The translations under genes were made by a program, and so were the position numbers. Under the pieces are notes generated by a model. That model worked only from the letters and a program-made list of their open reading frames with translations. It did not search any database and was not told the origin of the DNA. This document shows, one piece after another, positions 1 through 10,310 of a DNA stretch of 64,000 bases. Source of the stretch: a bacterium. Its GTDB lineage: Bacteria > UBA8248. Position 1 is the first letter of the stretch. Every line of letters begins with the position of its first letter. The DNA lies in the NCBI GenBank assembly GCA_965261085.1, contig OZ253442.1, forward strand, positions 960,001 to 1,024,000, written 5' to 3'.

Positions 1-991
1 CTACGGCGTTGTGGTTCGACGGCCCCCGGCAGGAGGCTCTCGTCTCCTCGCCCAGGCTCGCCATCACCATGTTGGTGCTCACCGAAAGGGCGGAGCCGGA
101 ACTCGAACCCAGCGACGCCGCCCGCGTGGTGTCGTAGGGGTTCGAGGGATTCCCGGCCCACGAACTGCGCTGATAGCCCAGGACGGAGGGCAGCACCTTC
201 TCGGGTTCGTGCCGCCCGCCCGGATCGCCCGCGCGTCCGTTGTATTCGGTGCTCACGGCTTTTGCGAAGATGATGGCGCCCTTGTTCCTGAGCTGCTCGA
301 CGAGGATGTGGTCGCGCGCGGGAAAATCGATGTCGTAGCTCGCGTCGCCCCCGCCCGTCGAGCGCATGTCCTTGGTGTCGAATGGATCCTTGAAAGAAAA
401 CGCCACGCCGTACATCGGCAATTTTTCGAGGTCGGGGTTCGCGCCGTATTCGGCGTCCAGTTCCGCCGCGCGCTCGAGCGCGTCTGGGTAGTGGCGAAAG
501 ACCTCGCACATGGGCGGCGCGCCCGGCGGCAAGGGGCCTTCTGATGGATGCCTGTCGAAATCGCCCCGGCAGGTGACGGAACGCTCGCCGCGAATGTTCA
601 GGGTGGCGAGGGCGTTCACCTGGCCCGCGCCCGGGATCCCAGCGATCATGCCGTATTGCTGCTGGACGTCGGGGTCGGACGCCGTGGCCTCCATGCGCCC
701 GAACTCAAGCGGCGGCCCCTTGTATCTGTCCAGCTCGGGCAGGACGTCCGCGGCCTTCACCGTCTCGGTCGGGAAGCGAAGCGGGGAGCCTCCCCGCATC
801 GCGCCCGTAGCTTCGGGAACCGGCGCGCCGTCTGCTGTGACGAGCATGCTGGTGACGCCGTTATACGCGCGCACGCGCTCCAGGTAGCGTTCCACGACTT
901 CTATGCAGGTCGTGCGTCCGGCGCGAATCGCCGCGTGTAAGTCTTCTATGCTCGCTTCTTCCAGGCGAAACGCCCCGGTCTTATCCTCCAT
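1..991 (-). CDS. Amidase-signature family protein (N-terminal part; runs off window start)
   Basis: Manual translation from ATG at 991: MEDKTGAFRLEEASIEDLHAAI...FSFKDPFDTKDMRSTGG...NPYDTTRAASLGSSSGS...LGEETRASCRGP. These are amidase signature motifs (catalytic Lys, GSSSGS, Ser nucleophile region). Absent from the ORF track because its stop lies outside the window. Confidence 0.85.
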   Translation of the reverse strand, partial: MEDKTGAFRLEEASIEDLHAAIRAGRTTCIEVVERYLERVRAYNGVTSMLVTADGAPVPEATGAMRGGSPLRFPTETVKAADVLPELDRYKGPPLEFGRMEATASDPDVQQQYGMIAGIPGAGQVNALATLNIRGERSVTCRGDFDRHPSEGPLPPGAPPMCEVFRHYPDALERAAELDAEYGANPDLEKLPMYGVAFSFKDPFDTKDMRSTGGGDASYDIDFPARDHILVEQLRNKGAIIFAKAVSTEYNGRAGDPGGRHEPEKVLPSVLGYQRSSWAGNPSNPYDTTRAASLGSSSGSALSVSTNMVMASLGEETRASCRGPSNHNAV

Positions 992-1168
992 GACGCATCC
1001 TTTCGTATTGTCGCGTGTTCTCGTCCCCTCCCGGCGGAGGGAGCGGTTATTCGGTTTCAAATGATTCGGGAATACTATGGGCGACGCCTGATTTTCGCAA
1101 CGGCGTTACGGGAAAATGAGGGAGAAGTATCCTGAAAACACTCCCGCATCCCGCCGATTCTCTCGTGC

Positions 1169-1335
1169 GCATTTGCCCGCTAGTCGATTCTGCTTTGTCG
1201 ACCGGGGTCAGAAATTGATGGGCCGGTTCACGTAGCGCAATTCCCCGCATTTGTCCACCGAATCTATTCAACTTGGCCGACCAGGGTATAAATCGATGAA
1301 CTGTTTTACGCAGCGCAATTCCCCAGATTTCCCGC
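1169..1335. repeat. Degenerate 78-bp tandem repeat (2 units plus start of a third)
   Basis: Units start at 1169 (gcatttgcccgc), 1247 (gcatttgtccac) and 1325 (agatttcccgc); both full units end in acg(t/c)agcgcaattcccc. Confidence 0.75.
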
Positions 1336-1404
1336 TTGGGCGTTTCGGGGCGTTCCCATATCATCCCTGAGCGGATTTCAGGCCAAATCCGCCGCCCCCC
1401 AATT

Positions 1405-1462
1405 CCGAATTACTGAAAAATACGATAAAATACGATAAATTCACGATGTTTTTCGATAAATA
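1405..1462. repeat. 58-bp AT-rich dispersed repeat with ~10-bp phased CGATAAA, copy 1
   Basis: 48/58 identity by manual ungapped alignment with 46580-46637. Confidence 0.75.
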
Positions 1463-1519
1463 CATGAATAGATGCGATGCGGTAACTATCTGATAAATAA
1501 ACGGTAAAGGAGTTTTGGG

Positions 1520-3169
1520 TTGAAAAACGAGGCGAAAACGGACCTCGACGCCCTCATCGTGGGTGCGGGCATCTCAGGCCTTTTCATGCTCTACCGTCTA
1601 CGCTCGCGGGGTTTTAAGGCGCGGGTGTACGAGGCGGGCGGCGACGTGGGCGGCACCTGGTACTGGAACCGCTACCCGGGCGCACGATGCGACACGGAGA
1701 GCGTTCAGTATTCCTATCAATTCTCCGAAGAACTCCAGCAGGAATGGGAATGGAGTGAGCGCTACGCGAGCCAGCCCGAAATTCTGCGCTATATCAACCA
1801 TGCGGCCGCACGCTTTGATTTAAAAAGGGATGTCGTCTTCAACACGCGGGTGGCCTCCGCCGTTTTCGACGAGGATGCCAGCCACTGGGTCGTCGAGACA
1901 GGTAGCGGCGAGCGGGTCTCGGCCACCTTCTGCGTGATGGCCACCGGGTGTCTCTCCTCTCCGAATTTTCCCGCTTTTGAGGGTCTGGACGATTTTGAGG
2001 GTCCCGTTTTGCACACCGGCCTCTGGCCGCATGAAAAGGTGGATTTCTCCGGAAAACGCGTGGGCGTCATCGGCACGGGTTCATCGGCGATGCAGTCCAT
2101 CCCCATCATCGCGCGCGAAGCGGCCGAAGTGTTCGTCTTCCAAAGAACGGCGCACTACGCAGTGCCCGCGCACAACGGCCCCATCGATCCGGAGCGCGTG
2201 CGCGAGGTGAAGGCGAATTACCCGCAGATAAGACAAAGAGCCAAGCGCTCGGCCACGGGTTTCGACCAGACGTTCAACGACAAGGCGGCTCTCGAGGTCA
2301 GTGAAGAAGAACGCGAGCGCGAATTCGAGAAACGCTGGGCGCACGGGGGGTTGCCCTTTCTCTCCGCGTTCACGGATTTGCGCTACAGCGAGGAGGCGAA
2401 CCAGACGGCGGGCGAATTCGTGCGAAACAAGATTCGGGAAATCGTGAAGGATCCCAAAACCGCGGAACTGCTTTGTCCCACAACCGTCATCGGATGCAAG
2501 CGTCTTTGTGTGATAACGGAGTATTTCGAGATATATAACCGCCCGAACGTGCACCTGATCGACGTGAGCGAATCGCCCATCGAGAAGATAACGCCCGAAG
2601 GGGTGATGACCGGCGGGCGGGTGTATGAAATCGACACGCTCATTCTGGCCACGGGGTATGACGCGATGACGGGAACCCTGCTCAGAATCGACATCAGGGG
2701 GCGCGGCGGGCGGACCTTGCAGGACAAATGGAAGGTGGGCCCCCGCACCTACCTGGGCCTTATGACGGCGGGGTTCCCGAACCTGTTCACCATCACGGGA
2801 CCCGGAAGCCCCTCGGTGCTGACGAACATGCAGACTTCCATCGACCACCACGTCGAGTGGATAGGCGCTTGTCTCGTGTATTTGCGCGAAAACGGGCTGA
2901 AGTCCATCGAGGCGACCCTGGAGGCGGAGGACGCCTGGGTGGCGCACAACAACGAGGAGGCCGCAAAGACGATTCGCTACCGCTGCACCTCCTGGTATCT
3001 GGGAGCGAACATACCGGGCAAGCCGCGCGTGTTCATGCCCTACATCTCCGGGTTCGACGTGTATTCGAAAAAATGCGCGGAAATCGTGGAGGCGGGATAC
3101 GAGGGTTTTCATCTGATTCCACATAAAAACAAGCAGGCGGACGCCGCAATCGGGCATTCTGCGAATTAA
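1520..3169 (+). CDS. Baeyer-Villiger monooxygenase (cyclohexanone/phenylacetone monooxygenase type)
   Basis: GAGISG FAD motif, GGTWYWNRYPG, BVMO fingerprint FEGPVLHTGLWP, second GTGSS motif and ATGY; TTG start with AAGGAG RBS. Confidence 0.92.
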   Translation: MKNEAKTDLDALIVGAGISGLFMLYRLRSRGFKARVYEAGGDVGGTWYWNRYPGARCDTESVQYSYQFSEELQQEWEWSERYASQPEILRYINHAAARFDLKRDVVFNTRVASAVFDEDASHWVVETGSGERVSATFCVMATGCLSSPNFPAFEGLDDFEGPVLHTGLWPHEKVDFSGKRVGVIGTGSSAMQSIPIIAREAAEVFVFQRTAHYAVPAHNGPIDPERVREVKANYPQIRQRAKRSATGFDQTFNDKAALEVSEEEREREFEKRWAHGGLPFLSAFTDLRYSEEANQTAGEFVRNKIREIVKDPKTAELLCPTTVIGCKRLCVITEYFEIYNRPNVHLIDVSESPIEKITPEGVMTGGRVYEIDTLILATGYDAMTGTLLRIDIRGRGGRTLQDKWKVGPRTYLGLMTAGFPNLFTITGPGSPSVLTNMQTSIDHHVEWIGACLVYLRENGLKSIEATLEAEDAWVAHNNEEAAKTIRYRCTSWYLGANIPGKPRVFMPYISGFDVYSKKCAEIVEAGYEGFHLIPHKNKQADAAIGHSAN

Positions 3170-3257
3170 AGGCCGCACGACTTACATTCTTGGTGGATAT
3201 GAAATAGGATGAGCACATAATCAATGCATACATAGCACTCATGAATGGGACCTCTGC

Positions 3258-4352
3258 ATGGCGGAAGTAGTCGTAAAGGACTTGGTGAAACGCTTCGGTT
3301 CGGAAATACTGGCGGTGGACAACGTCAGCTTTACCGTGGGCGAAGGGGAATTCGTAACCTTACTGGGTCCCAGCGGGTGCGGTAAGACGACGACGCTTCG
3401 CTGCATCGCAGGGCTTGAGACTCCCGATGAGGGAGACATCCTCATCGCAAACGAGGTGTTCACCTCGAGCAGTACCGGGGTTTGCCTGCCGCCAGAAAAG
3501 CGCCGGCTCGGCATGGTGTTTCAGTCCTACGCCATATGGCCTCACATGTCGGTTGCCGAGAACGTGGCTTACGGCATTCAGGCCCAGGGAGCGAGTCGCA
3601 CAGTGGTGAGCGAAAAGGTCGCCAAGGCGCTCGAACTCGTCGGCCTGAGCGGTCTGGGCGAGAGAAACGCCACGAAACTCTCCGGCGGCCAGCAACAGCG
3701 GGTATCCCTCGCCCGCGCATTGGCCTACAACCCCCGTGTTCTTCTTTTCGATGAGCCTCTGAGCAACCTCGATGCGAAATTGCGTGAGCGCATGCGGGTC
3801 GAGTTGGCGGGGCTGATAAAAGAACTCAAATTGACGGCCATTTACGTCACCCATGATCAGGCGGAAGCGATGGTCATGAGTGATCGCATCATCGTCATGA
3901 AAGACGGAAGAATACAACAAGAGGGGGATCCGCACTCCACTTACAATGAGCCGGCTAATAGTTTCGTCGCCGATTTCATCGGTGTGACGAACATTCTAGA
4001 AGGCAGGGCCGGTGAAAAGGAAAACGGCAAAGGCCTTTGGGTGGAAGTTCCGTCTCTTGGATCGAAAATTCTATGCGCAAAAGGAATCGAGCGTGAGATT
4101 CTGACCGGTTCCGATTTGCTGGTCACCGTGCGGCCTGAATACATTGAATTTGGAGAAGATGGGTCGGACGATAACAACGTTTTAAGCGGCCGGGTGAGTG
4201 ATGCTGTTTATCTGGGGCAATCCTGGGATTGTTCGGTTCAATCGGGCAGCCTGGAATTGAGGGTGCAAGTTCGTGGAGACGCGGATATCCGGATCGGCCA
4301 TTCCGTCACCATGACGATTTCCCCTTCAAGATGCGTGGTGTTGAGCGATTGA
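3258..4352 (+). CDS. ABC transporter ATP-binding protein (PotA/FbpC type, TOBE domain)
   Basis: Walker A GPSGCGKT, signature LSGGQQQR, Walker B LLFDEP, H-loop VTHDQ. Confidence 0.93.
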   Translation: MAEVVVKDLVKRFGSEILAVDNVSFTVGEGEFVTLLGPSGCGKTTTLRCIAGLETPDEGDILIANEVFTSSSTGVCLPPEKRRLGMVFQSYAIWPHMSVAENVAYGIQAQGASRTVVSEKVAKALELVGLSGLGERNATKLSGGQQQRVSLARALAYNPRVLLFDEPLSNLDAKLRERMRVELAGLIKELKLTAIYVTHDQAEAMVMSDRIIVMKDGRIQQEGDPHSTYNEPANSFVADFIGVTNILEGRAGEKENGKGLWVEVPSLGSKILCAKGIEREILTGSDLLVTVRPEYIEFGEDGSDDNNVLSGRVSDAVYLGQSWDCSVQSGSLELRVQVRGDADIRIGHSVTMTISPSRCVVLSD

Positions 4353-4425
4353 AGGGAGGGCATCCAGAACCCTCTTTCTGCGCGGAATCGTTTTTTTCTT
4401 TACTTTTTCCTTGGGAGAAGATTCG

Positions 4426-5571
4426 ATGAAAAAAAGCTTGAGTTTCTCGGTGGGAGTGACGGTATTGCTGGCGGCTATGTTCACGCTGGGCGGGACTGCC
4501 CACGCCGCTGAAGCGCCGATTTTGAAAGAACTCAAAGGCGCGGAAAAAGCCCGCGTCGCGAAATTGATTGAAGGAGCCAGAAAAGAAGGAGCTTTTTCCT
4601 GGGCCACGAACCTCGCTCCCGTGAAAGCGGCCAAAGCGATGGAGAAGGCCTTCAAGAAACTCTATGGACTGCCAAAGGTGAAATTCCGTTTCGCCAACAG
4701 GCGCTCCGGTACGCTCATCAAGCGTTTCGAGCAGGAGATCAAGGCCAACAAGCTCTCCGTCGACGTGGTCGTGCTCGCCGCGGCTTCCTGGCTGCACTCG
4801 ATGAAGCGTCGCGGGAATCTGATGAAATACGTCTCGCCCGAAGACAAGCACTACAACCTGGCGGAAAAAGCCAACATGAACGGCGGAGGCTATTGGGTGG
4901 CCGATGCGCAAATCAACACCATGGCGGTTAACCGGGATTTGGCGGGCAACGTCAAACTGACGAGTTGGCATGATTTACTGAGGCCCGAGTTCAAGGGAAA
5001 AGTGCTGGTCGGCGATGCGAGGCCTTCCGAGACCTATACCCTTTGGTACAAGGGGCTTCGCGAGCGGTTGCCGAAGAGCTACTTCCAGAAATTAAGCGCT
5101 GCGGGCGCGGGCGTGATGGCGAGAGGATCGGCGCAGAGGCGCTCCCTCATGGCTGGGGAGTATTGGCTCGGGACGACGATAATGGCCAGACACAACTGGA
5201 TCGCGAAAAAAGCCGGTGTGAAGATGGACCCCATCTATCCCAAAGAAGGCGTGGTGGCGCTTCCCATTGCTTCCGTGATTATGGCGAAAGCGAAGAATCC
5301 CAATATGGCGAAACTTTTCGTCGATTACTGGAGGAGCGTGAGGGGACATCACATGCTCCTGAATTATAATCCGCTCAATTCCGGCAGGCCGCTTCCGCCC
5401 CATAAGGATGGGAAAATCAACAAATTCATCCTGGCGAAAGACGGCATTGCGCCTCCCATCGACAAGATCAACGTCATCCCGACCGATTGGAGCAAAATCA
5501 CGCCTGCGGACGTGAAGAAATGGAAAGCGGAATTCATCGAGGTCTTCGGATCGGGGACGAAAAAGAAATAA
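4426..5571 (+). CDS. ABC transporter periplasmic substrate-binding protein (AfuA/FbpA-like)
   Basis: Signal peptide ending AHA-AE; SWHDLL.PEFKGK and YPKEG...AKNPNMAKLFVDY motifs; operon context. Confidence 0.85.
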   Translation: MKKSLSFSVGVTVLLAAMFTLGGTAHAAEAPILKELKGAEKARVAKLIEGARKEGAFSWATNLAPVKAAKAMEKAFKKLYGLPKVKFRFANRRSGTLIKRFEQEIKANKLSVDVVVLAAASWLHSMKRRGNLMKYVSPEDKHYNLAEKANMNGGGYWVADAQINTMAVNRDLAGNVKLTSWHDLLRPEFKGKVLVGDARPSETYTLWYKGLRERLPKSYFQKLSAAGAGVMARGSAQRRSLMAGEYWLGTTIMARHNWIAKKAGVKMDPIYPKEGVVALPIASVIMAKAKNPNMAKLFVDYWRSVRGHHMLLNYNPLNSGRPLPPHKDGKINKFILAKDGIAPPIDKINVIPTDWSKITPADVKKWKAEFIEVFGSGTKKK

Positions 5572-5580
5572 CGATGAGAA

Positions 5581-7359
5581 ATGTCAGAGGGTCACGAGTT
5601 GAGTAGCGTATCTAAAACGGAGTTGGAGGCCGGGGGTGCGGGAGCGAAACCAGCCGCTTCGGCCTCTGCTCCGGTGGGGCGTTTTTTCAATTCTGAAAAT
5701 ACGCTGAAACTCGGTTCGCTGGGCTTGCTCACCATTCTCGCCATCCTGCCGGTATCCGTGTTTTTGTACAGCGCCTTCGTGACCCACCCCGAAGCCGGTA
5801 AATCCATCTATACGTTTACGAACTTCACCAAGACATTCGCCACTTCCGAGGTGATGGACGCTTCGCTGAACACCTTGATCATTGCGCTGGGAACGTCAAT
5901 TATTTCTTGCTTGACGGGCGTTTCGCTCGCCTGGTTTCATGCGCGCACCGACATGCCTTTCAGAGGACCTTTGGAGGCATTGACCCTGATTCCCTTTTTC
6001 CTGTCTTCTTTTTTGGGAGCCGTCGCCTGGTGGGCGCTGGCCGCTCCGAGGACGGGCATACTGAATCGCTGGATGATCGATCTCTTCGGGTTGTCGGCCC
6101 CGCCGTTCAATATTTATTCGATGACCGGAATCATCATGGTGATGGCGCTTTTTTATACGCCCTACATGTATCTTTTTACGATAGGCTCGCTAAATCGAAT
6201 GGATCCCGCCCTCGAGGAATCCGCGCGGGTTTGCGGAACCGGCGTTTTGCGCACGGCCTTGAGGGTAACGATTCCACTCTCCACACCCGCCATGCTCTCC
6301 GGAGCGATCATTGTTTTTGTGGTGAGCATGGGCGTTTTCGGTGTGCCCAGCCTGCTGGGGCCTATCGCAAGAATATCGACGCTATCGACGATTATTTATA
6401 CGAAGATGGAAGAATATCCCCTGGACATCGGAGGGGCGGCGGCCCTGGGAAGCATCTTGATGGTATTCACCGCTTTGGGGCTCTACTTCCAGAGAAAGAT
6501 TATAGCGCCGAGAAGTTACGTGACCGTTACGGGGAAGGGCTACCGCCCCAGCCGCGTTTCTTTGGGACGCTGGAAATACGTCGCGCTCGCCATCAATTGT
6601 TTCTACGTTCTTTTGGCAGTCATCCTCCCGCTGGGAGCGCTCTTGCTGGCGTCGTTCAACCGCGCCTGGCTGGGCGGATTCCTGTGGAGCCAGCTTTCCA
6701 TCTACAACTGGGCGTATGTGTTGTTTGAATACGAATACGCCATTCAGGCGACAAAGAACAGTCTCATCCTGGGGCTGGTGGGAGGATTCATCACGGTGGT
6801 CCTGTGTACGTTCCTCTCCATGGTGATTCTCAGAGGCAAGAACAAGAAGCTCAGCGGCGCAGTCGATTACCTGAGCACCCTGCCCATCGGCGTGCCGGGC
6901 CTCATCATGGGAATGGCTTTTCTCATCACGTGGATTAAAACGCCACTCTATGGATTTCCCATGCTCTTGCTCATGATGGCGTATATGACGCGCTATCTGC
7001 CCTATGGTCTCAGAACGATATCTTCTGTGCTTCAGTCCCTGAGTTCCGAGCTCGAGGAGAGCGCCAGAATCTGTGGCTCCTCGTTCATTGCGACGATAAA
7101 GAAGATCACGGTGCCGCTCTTGAGGCCGGGCATCTTTGCGGCCTATCTGATGCTTTTCATCATGTTCATCAGGGAGTTGCCGGTGTCCGTGCTCCTGGCG
7201 ACCGAAGACAGCGCTCCGATGGCGGTGGCCCTCTATATCTTGCAGGAAAACGAGGCTTTGGGCGTCGTGGCGGCATTCGCGCTCCTTCAGACTGCTATGC
7301 TCCTGGTGGGGACGATTATTTTCAGAAGACTCGGAAGCATGGAGAAGCTCTCGGTGTAG
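5581..7359 (+). CDS. ABC transporter permease (FbpB type, two EAA repeats)
   Basis: Multiple TM helices and two LEESAR.CG loops. Confidence 0.92.
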   Translation: MSEGHELSSVSKTELEAGGAGAKPAASASAPVGRFFNSENTLKLGSLGLLTILAILPVSVFLYSAFVTHPEAGKSIYTFTNFTKTFATSEVMDASLNTLIIALGTSIISCLTGVSLAWFHARTDMPFRGPLEALTLIPFFLSSFLGAVAWWALAAPRTGILNRWMIDLFGLSAPPFNIYSMTGIIMVMALFYTPYMYLFTIGSLNRMDPALEESARVCGTGVLRTALRVTIPLSTPAMLSGAIIVFVVSMGVFGVPSLLGPIARISTLSTIIYTKMEEYPLDIGGAAALGSILMVFTALGLYFQRKIIAPRSYVTVTGKGYRPSRVSLGRWKYVALAINCFYVLLAVILPLGALLLASFNRAWLGGFLWSQLSIYNWAYVLFEYEYAIQATKNSLILGLVGGFITVVLCTFLSMVILRGKNKKLSGAVDYLSTLPIGVPGLIMGMAFLITWIKTPLYGFPMLLLMMAYMTRYLPYGLRTISSVLQSLSSELEESARICGSSFIATIKKITVPLLRPGIFAAYLMLFIMFIRELPVSVLLATEDSAPMAVALYILQENEALGVVAAFALLQTAMLLVGTIIFRRLGSMEKLSV

Positions 7360-7447
7360 ACGAAACGAGCGAGGCATTCGCTCAGAGAGCGTTACTGAGC
7401 ACACAAATTCAGGATTGGCGGGGGAGAAAACACCAGGGGGAGGCCGG

Positions 7448-8350
7448 ATGAAGCTCAAAGGCATTATGGGAGCGCCCACGACGGCGTTCAATCCCGATGG
7501 CGGCGTTGATTACGACACCTTCGAGAGACAAATCAATTTTCTGATTGAACAGGGATTTCCGTTCATCGCCCATCCCATGCACATCGGGGAGTCCTTGAAT
7601 CTGAGTGAACACGAGCGCAAGGAACTGGCGCGGCATCTTGTGAAAGCCGCCGCGGGCCGCGTTCCCGTGTTCGTGAACGTGACCGCTTCGGGACCGGACA
7701 ATTCCATTGATTTAGCGAGGCGCTCTGAGGCGATAGGCGCAACAGGAATCGTCGTGCTCTCGCCCTATCACTGGGCGCCCGAGGAAGAGGCCCATCTGGA
7801 TTATTTCCTGACGTTGGGAAGAAGCACGGATGTCGCGATGATCGCCTACAACAATCCCAGGCTTCAGGTGACCATCTCCCACAACATGCTGGAGGAGATG
7901 GTCGAAAAACTCCCGAACCTCCACGCATTGAAAGACGCCAGCTTCGACATGAACTACTTTACGGGCGCGTGCCGCATAGCGTCCGCCGCGAGAGCGGATT
8001 TTTCCGTATTCACCGGAATTGAATGGCTTCTCACGTCGATACCCGTCGGTGGGTCGGGGTCGTTTTCCAATTGCGGGGAGGTTGCGCCCCGCCTGGTTCT
8101 CTCCCTGTTCGACGCCTGCGTCTCGGGGGATTATGAAAGCGCGCGCGCCCTCCAATATAAAATGGGCGTGCTCTTGAAATTGTTGCAGACGAACTACCCG
8201 GCGACCGTGAAATACGCGATGGAACTCGTGGGCCGACCCGTCGGGGAGACCCGAAAACCCATTCTGCCTCTCGATGCTGACGCCAAGGCCCATACGAGAA
8301 AGACGCTGGAAGCGCTCGGAATTCTGGAGAACGAGCCGCGCGGCTGGTAG
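7448..8350 (+). CDS. Dihydrodipicolinate synthase/NAL family aldolase
   Basis: GES.NLS..ER, YNNP and Schiff-base Lys (ALKDAS); GGAGG RBS before ATG 7448. Confidence 0.85.
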   Translation: MKLKGIMGAPTTAFNPDGGVDYDTFERQINFLIEQGFPFIAHPMHIGESLNLSEHERKELARHLVKAAAGRVPVFVNVTASGPDNSIDLARRSEAIGATGIVVLSPYHWAPEEEAHLDYFLTLGRSTDVAMIAYNNPRLQVTISHNMLEEMVEKLPNLHALKDASFDMNYFTGACRIASAARADFSVFTGIEWLLTSIPVGGSGSFSNCGEVAPRLVLSLFDACVSGDYESARALQYKMGVLLKLLQTNYPATVKYAMELVGRPVGETRKPILPLDADAKAHTRKTLEALGILENEPRGW

Positions 8351-8464
8351 GTTTATATATCCTTGTTTTCGCATTATCCAGGCTCTATCTTGCTTCTCCG
8401 CTCTGGGTTTTCTAGGGCGATGCCCTGTGATGATTTTCTTGTATTTTGTTGAAGGAGCCATATT

Positions 8465-10252
8465 ATGACCCGTATGAATGGCGGCCAGATCATCGTCGAT
8501 TATCTCATCCAGGAAGATGTTCCCTATGTATTCGGCCTTTGCGGCCACGGGAACATCAGTTTTCTGGACGCGCTCCATGAGCGCGCCGATGAGATCAAGA
8601 CGCTCTCGGTGCGCCACGAGTCGCTGTGCGGCTTCATGGCCGACGTGTATTACCGGGTGGCGGGCAAGCCGGTGGCGACGTTCACCTCCTGCGGGCCGGG
8701 CTCGGCCAACATGCCGATTTCCCTGGCCAACGCCTTTTTCGATTCGGTTCCGTTTCTGGCCGTGACCGGCAACATTCCCACCAACCAGTTCAACCGGGGG
8801 GCGTTTCAGGAGACTTACCGCCATTACCAGGCGGATTTCCCCTCCACGGTGCAGGCTTATTGTAAGCGGGTGTATCAGCCCACGCGGGCGGAGATGGTGC
8901 CGCAGTTCACGCGCCAGGCGTGGAAGACGATGATGACGGGCAGGCGCGGACCCGTCGTGCTCGACGTGCCTTTCGACATCTTCAAGGAAGAAACCGAGGT
9001 GGAGATGCCGCAAGCCTCAGCCTGGAACGCGAACATTTCCTGCCGCTGCGGGGCGGACCCGGAGGGGGTGAAAAAGGCCGTCGAAATGCTCTCCTCCGCC
9101 GAGCGGCCCGTGATTCTCGTGGGCCAGGGCGTGAAATACTCCGGCGCCGCCGCGAAGATGGTCACGCTCGCCGAAAGGCTGAAAATTCCCGTGGTGTGCT
9201 CATCGAGCGGGATGGGGGCCATCGATGCGAAACACCCTTTGGCTCTGGGACTCATCGCGAGAAACGGAACCTATCCCGCGAACCACGCCGCGCGGCAGGC
9301 CGACGTTCTGCTCGCGCTCGGCGTGCGTTTTGATGATCGCACCTCGAGCAGTTGGCTGCCTGGCTATTCGTTCAACATTCCGCCCACGAAGCTGATTCAC
9401 GTGGATATCGACCCCGAGGAGATCGCGCGCAACTACCCGGTGGCCTTAGGGCTCATGGCGGACGTGGATGTCTTTCTGGAGCAGGTTCAGGACGCGCTCG
9501 GAGCTAGAGAGAGCGTGGAAATTCCAGAGTCCCGGGAGGCGTGGCTTCGCAAGATCGACGGCTGGCGAAACGAATGGGAGGAGTTCACGGCTCCAGGCTA
9601 CCGCGAGGACACCGAACCCATGCACCCCCAGCGGGCGGCCCATGAAATTGACAAGGCCTTGCCCGATGACGCCATTATCGTCAGTGACGTCGGCATCCAC
9701 CACAACTGGCTGATTCAGTATTGCCGTCCCAAGGGGCCGCAATCGCTCATCGGCTCGATGGGCTTCGGCGCGATGGGCTTTGGCGTCGCGGGAGTGCTCG
9801 GAGCCAAGCTGGCCGCACCGGACAGGCCTTGCGTTGCCGTATGCGGAGACGGCGCTTTCGCCATGCATTTGAGCGCCATCACCACGGCGGTGGAATACAA
9901 CATTCCCGCCGTCTGGGTGGTCTGGAACAACTACGCCTTCGCCTCCATCCGGGGGCTTCAGCGCGGTTATCTGGATGGCCGGGAGTTGGCCACCGATTTT
10001 CAGGAACACGCCTCCGCCACGCCCTATAATCCCGATTTCGCGGCCATGGCCGAATCGGCGGGCATCACGGGCGTGCGGGTGAACAAGGCGGCCGATTTGA
10101 GCGAGGCCGTGGACGAGGCGGTGAAGGCCGAGCGTCCCTACGTGATCGACGCGAACATCCAGGGAGAGGGAAATCCCGTGGGCGCGGGCGTCTGGGAATT
10201 GCCCGGCTTGGGGCACGGGGAGCCTGCGATTGGCTCGCGGACTATTTTATAG
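8465..10252 (+). CDS. Thiamine diphosphate-dependent enzyme (acetolactate synthase-like)
   Basis: FGLCGHGN, RHE catalytic Glu, GPGSAN and ThDP motif GDGAF...WNN. Confidence 0.9.
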   Translation: MTRMNGGQIIVDYLIQEDVPYVFGLCGHGNISFLDALHERADEIKTLSVRHESLCGFMADVYYRVAGKPVATFTSCGPGSANMPISLANAFFDSVPFLAVTGNIPTNQFNRGAFQETYRHYQADFPSTVQAYCKRVYQPTRAEMVPQFTRQAWKTMMTGRRGPVVLDVPFDIFKEETEVEMPQASAWNANISCRCGADPEGVKKAVEMLSSAERPVILVGQGVKYSGAAAKMVTLAERLKIPVVCSSSGMGAIDAKHPLALGLIARNGTYPANHAARQADVLLALGVRFDDRTSSSWLPGYSFNIPPTKLIHVDIDPEEIARNYPVALGLMADVDVFLEQVQDALGARESVEIPESREAWLRKIDGWRNEWEEFTAPGYREDTEPMHPQRAAHEIDKALPDDAIIVSDVGIHHNWLIQYCRPKGPQSLIGSMGFGAMGFGVAGVLGAKLAAPDRPCVAVCGDGAFAMHLSAITTAVEYNIPAVWVVWNNYAFASIRGLQRGYLDGRELATDFQEHASATPYNPDFAAMAESAGITGVRVNKAADLSEAVDEAVKAERPYVIDANIQGEGNPVGAGVWELPGLGHGEPAIGSRTIL

Positions 10253-10310
10253 AACCGAGATGCGCCGAGGCGCGATGAGGGCGGGCGATGCCCGCGAAAG
10301 GGGAGTGAAG

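Noticed and set aside
11-940. Plus-strand ORFs at the window start
   Set aside because: Antisense to the amidase gene, which has clear motifs.
1169-1335. Possible mini CRISPR array
   Set aside because: The would-be spacers resemble each other, there are only about 2 units, and no cas genes are in the window.
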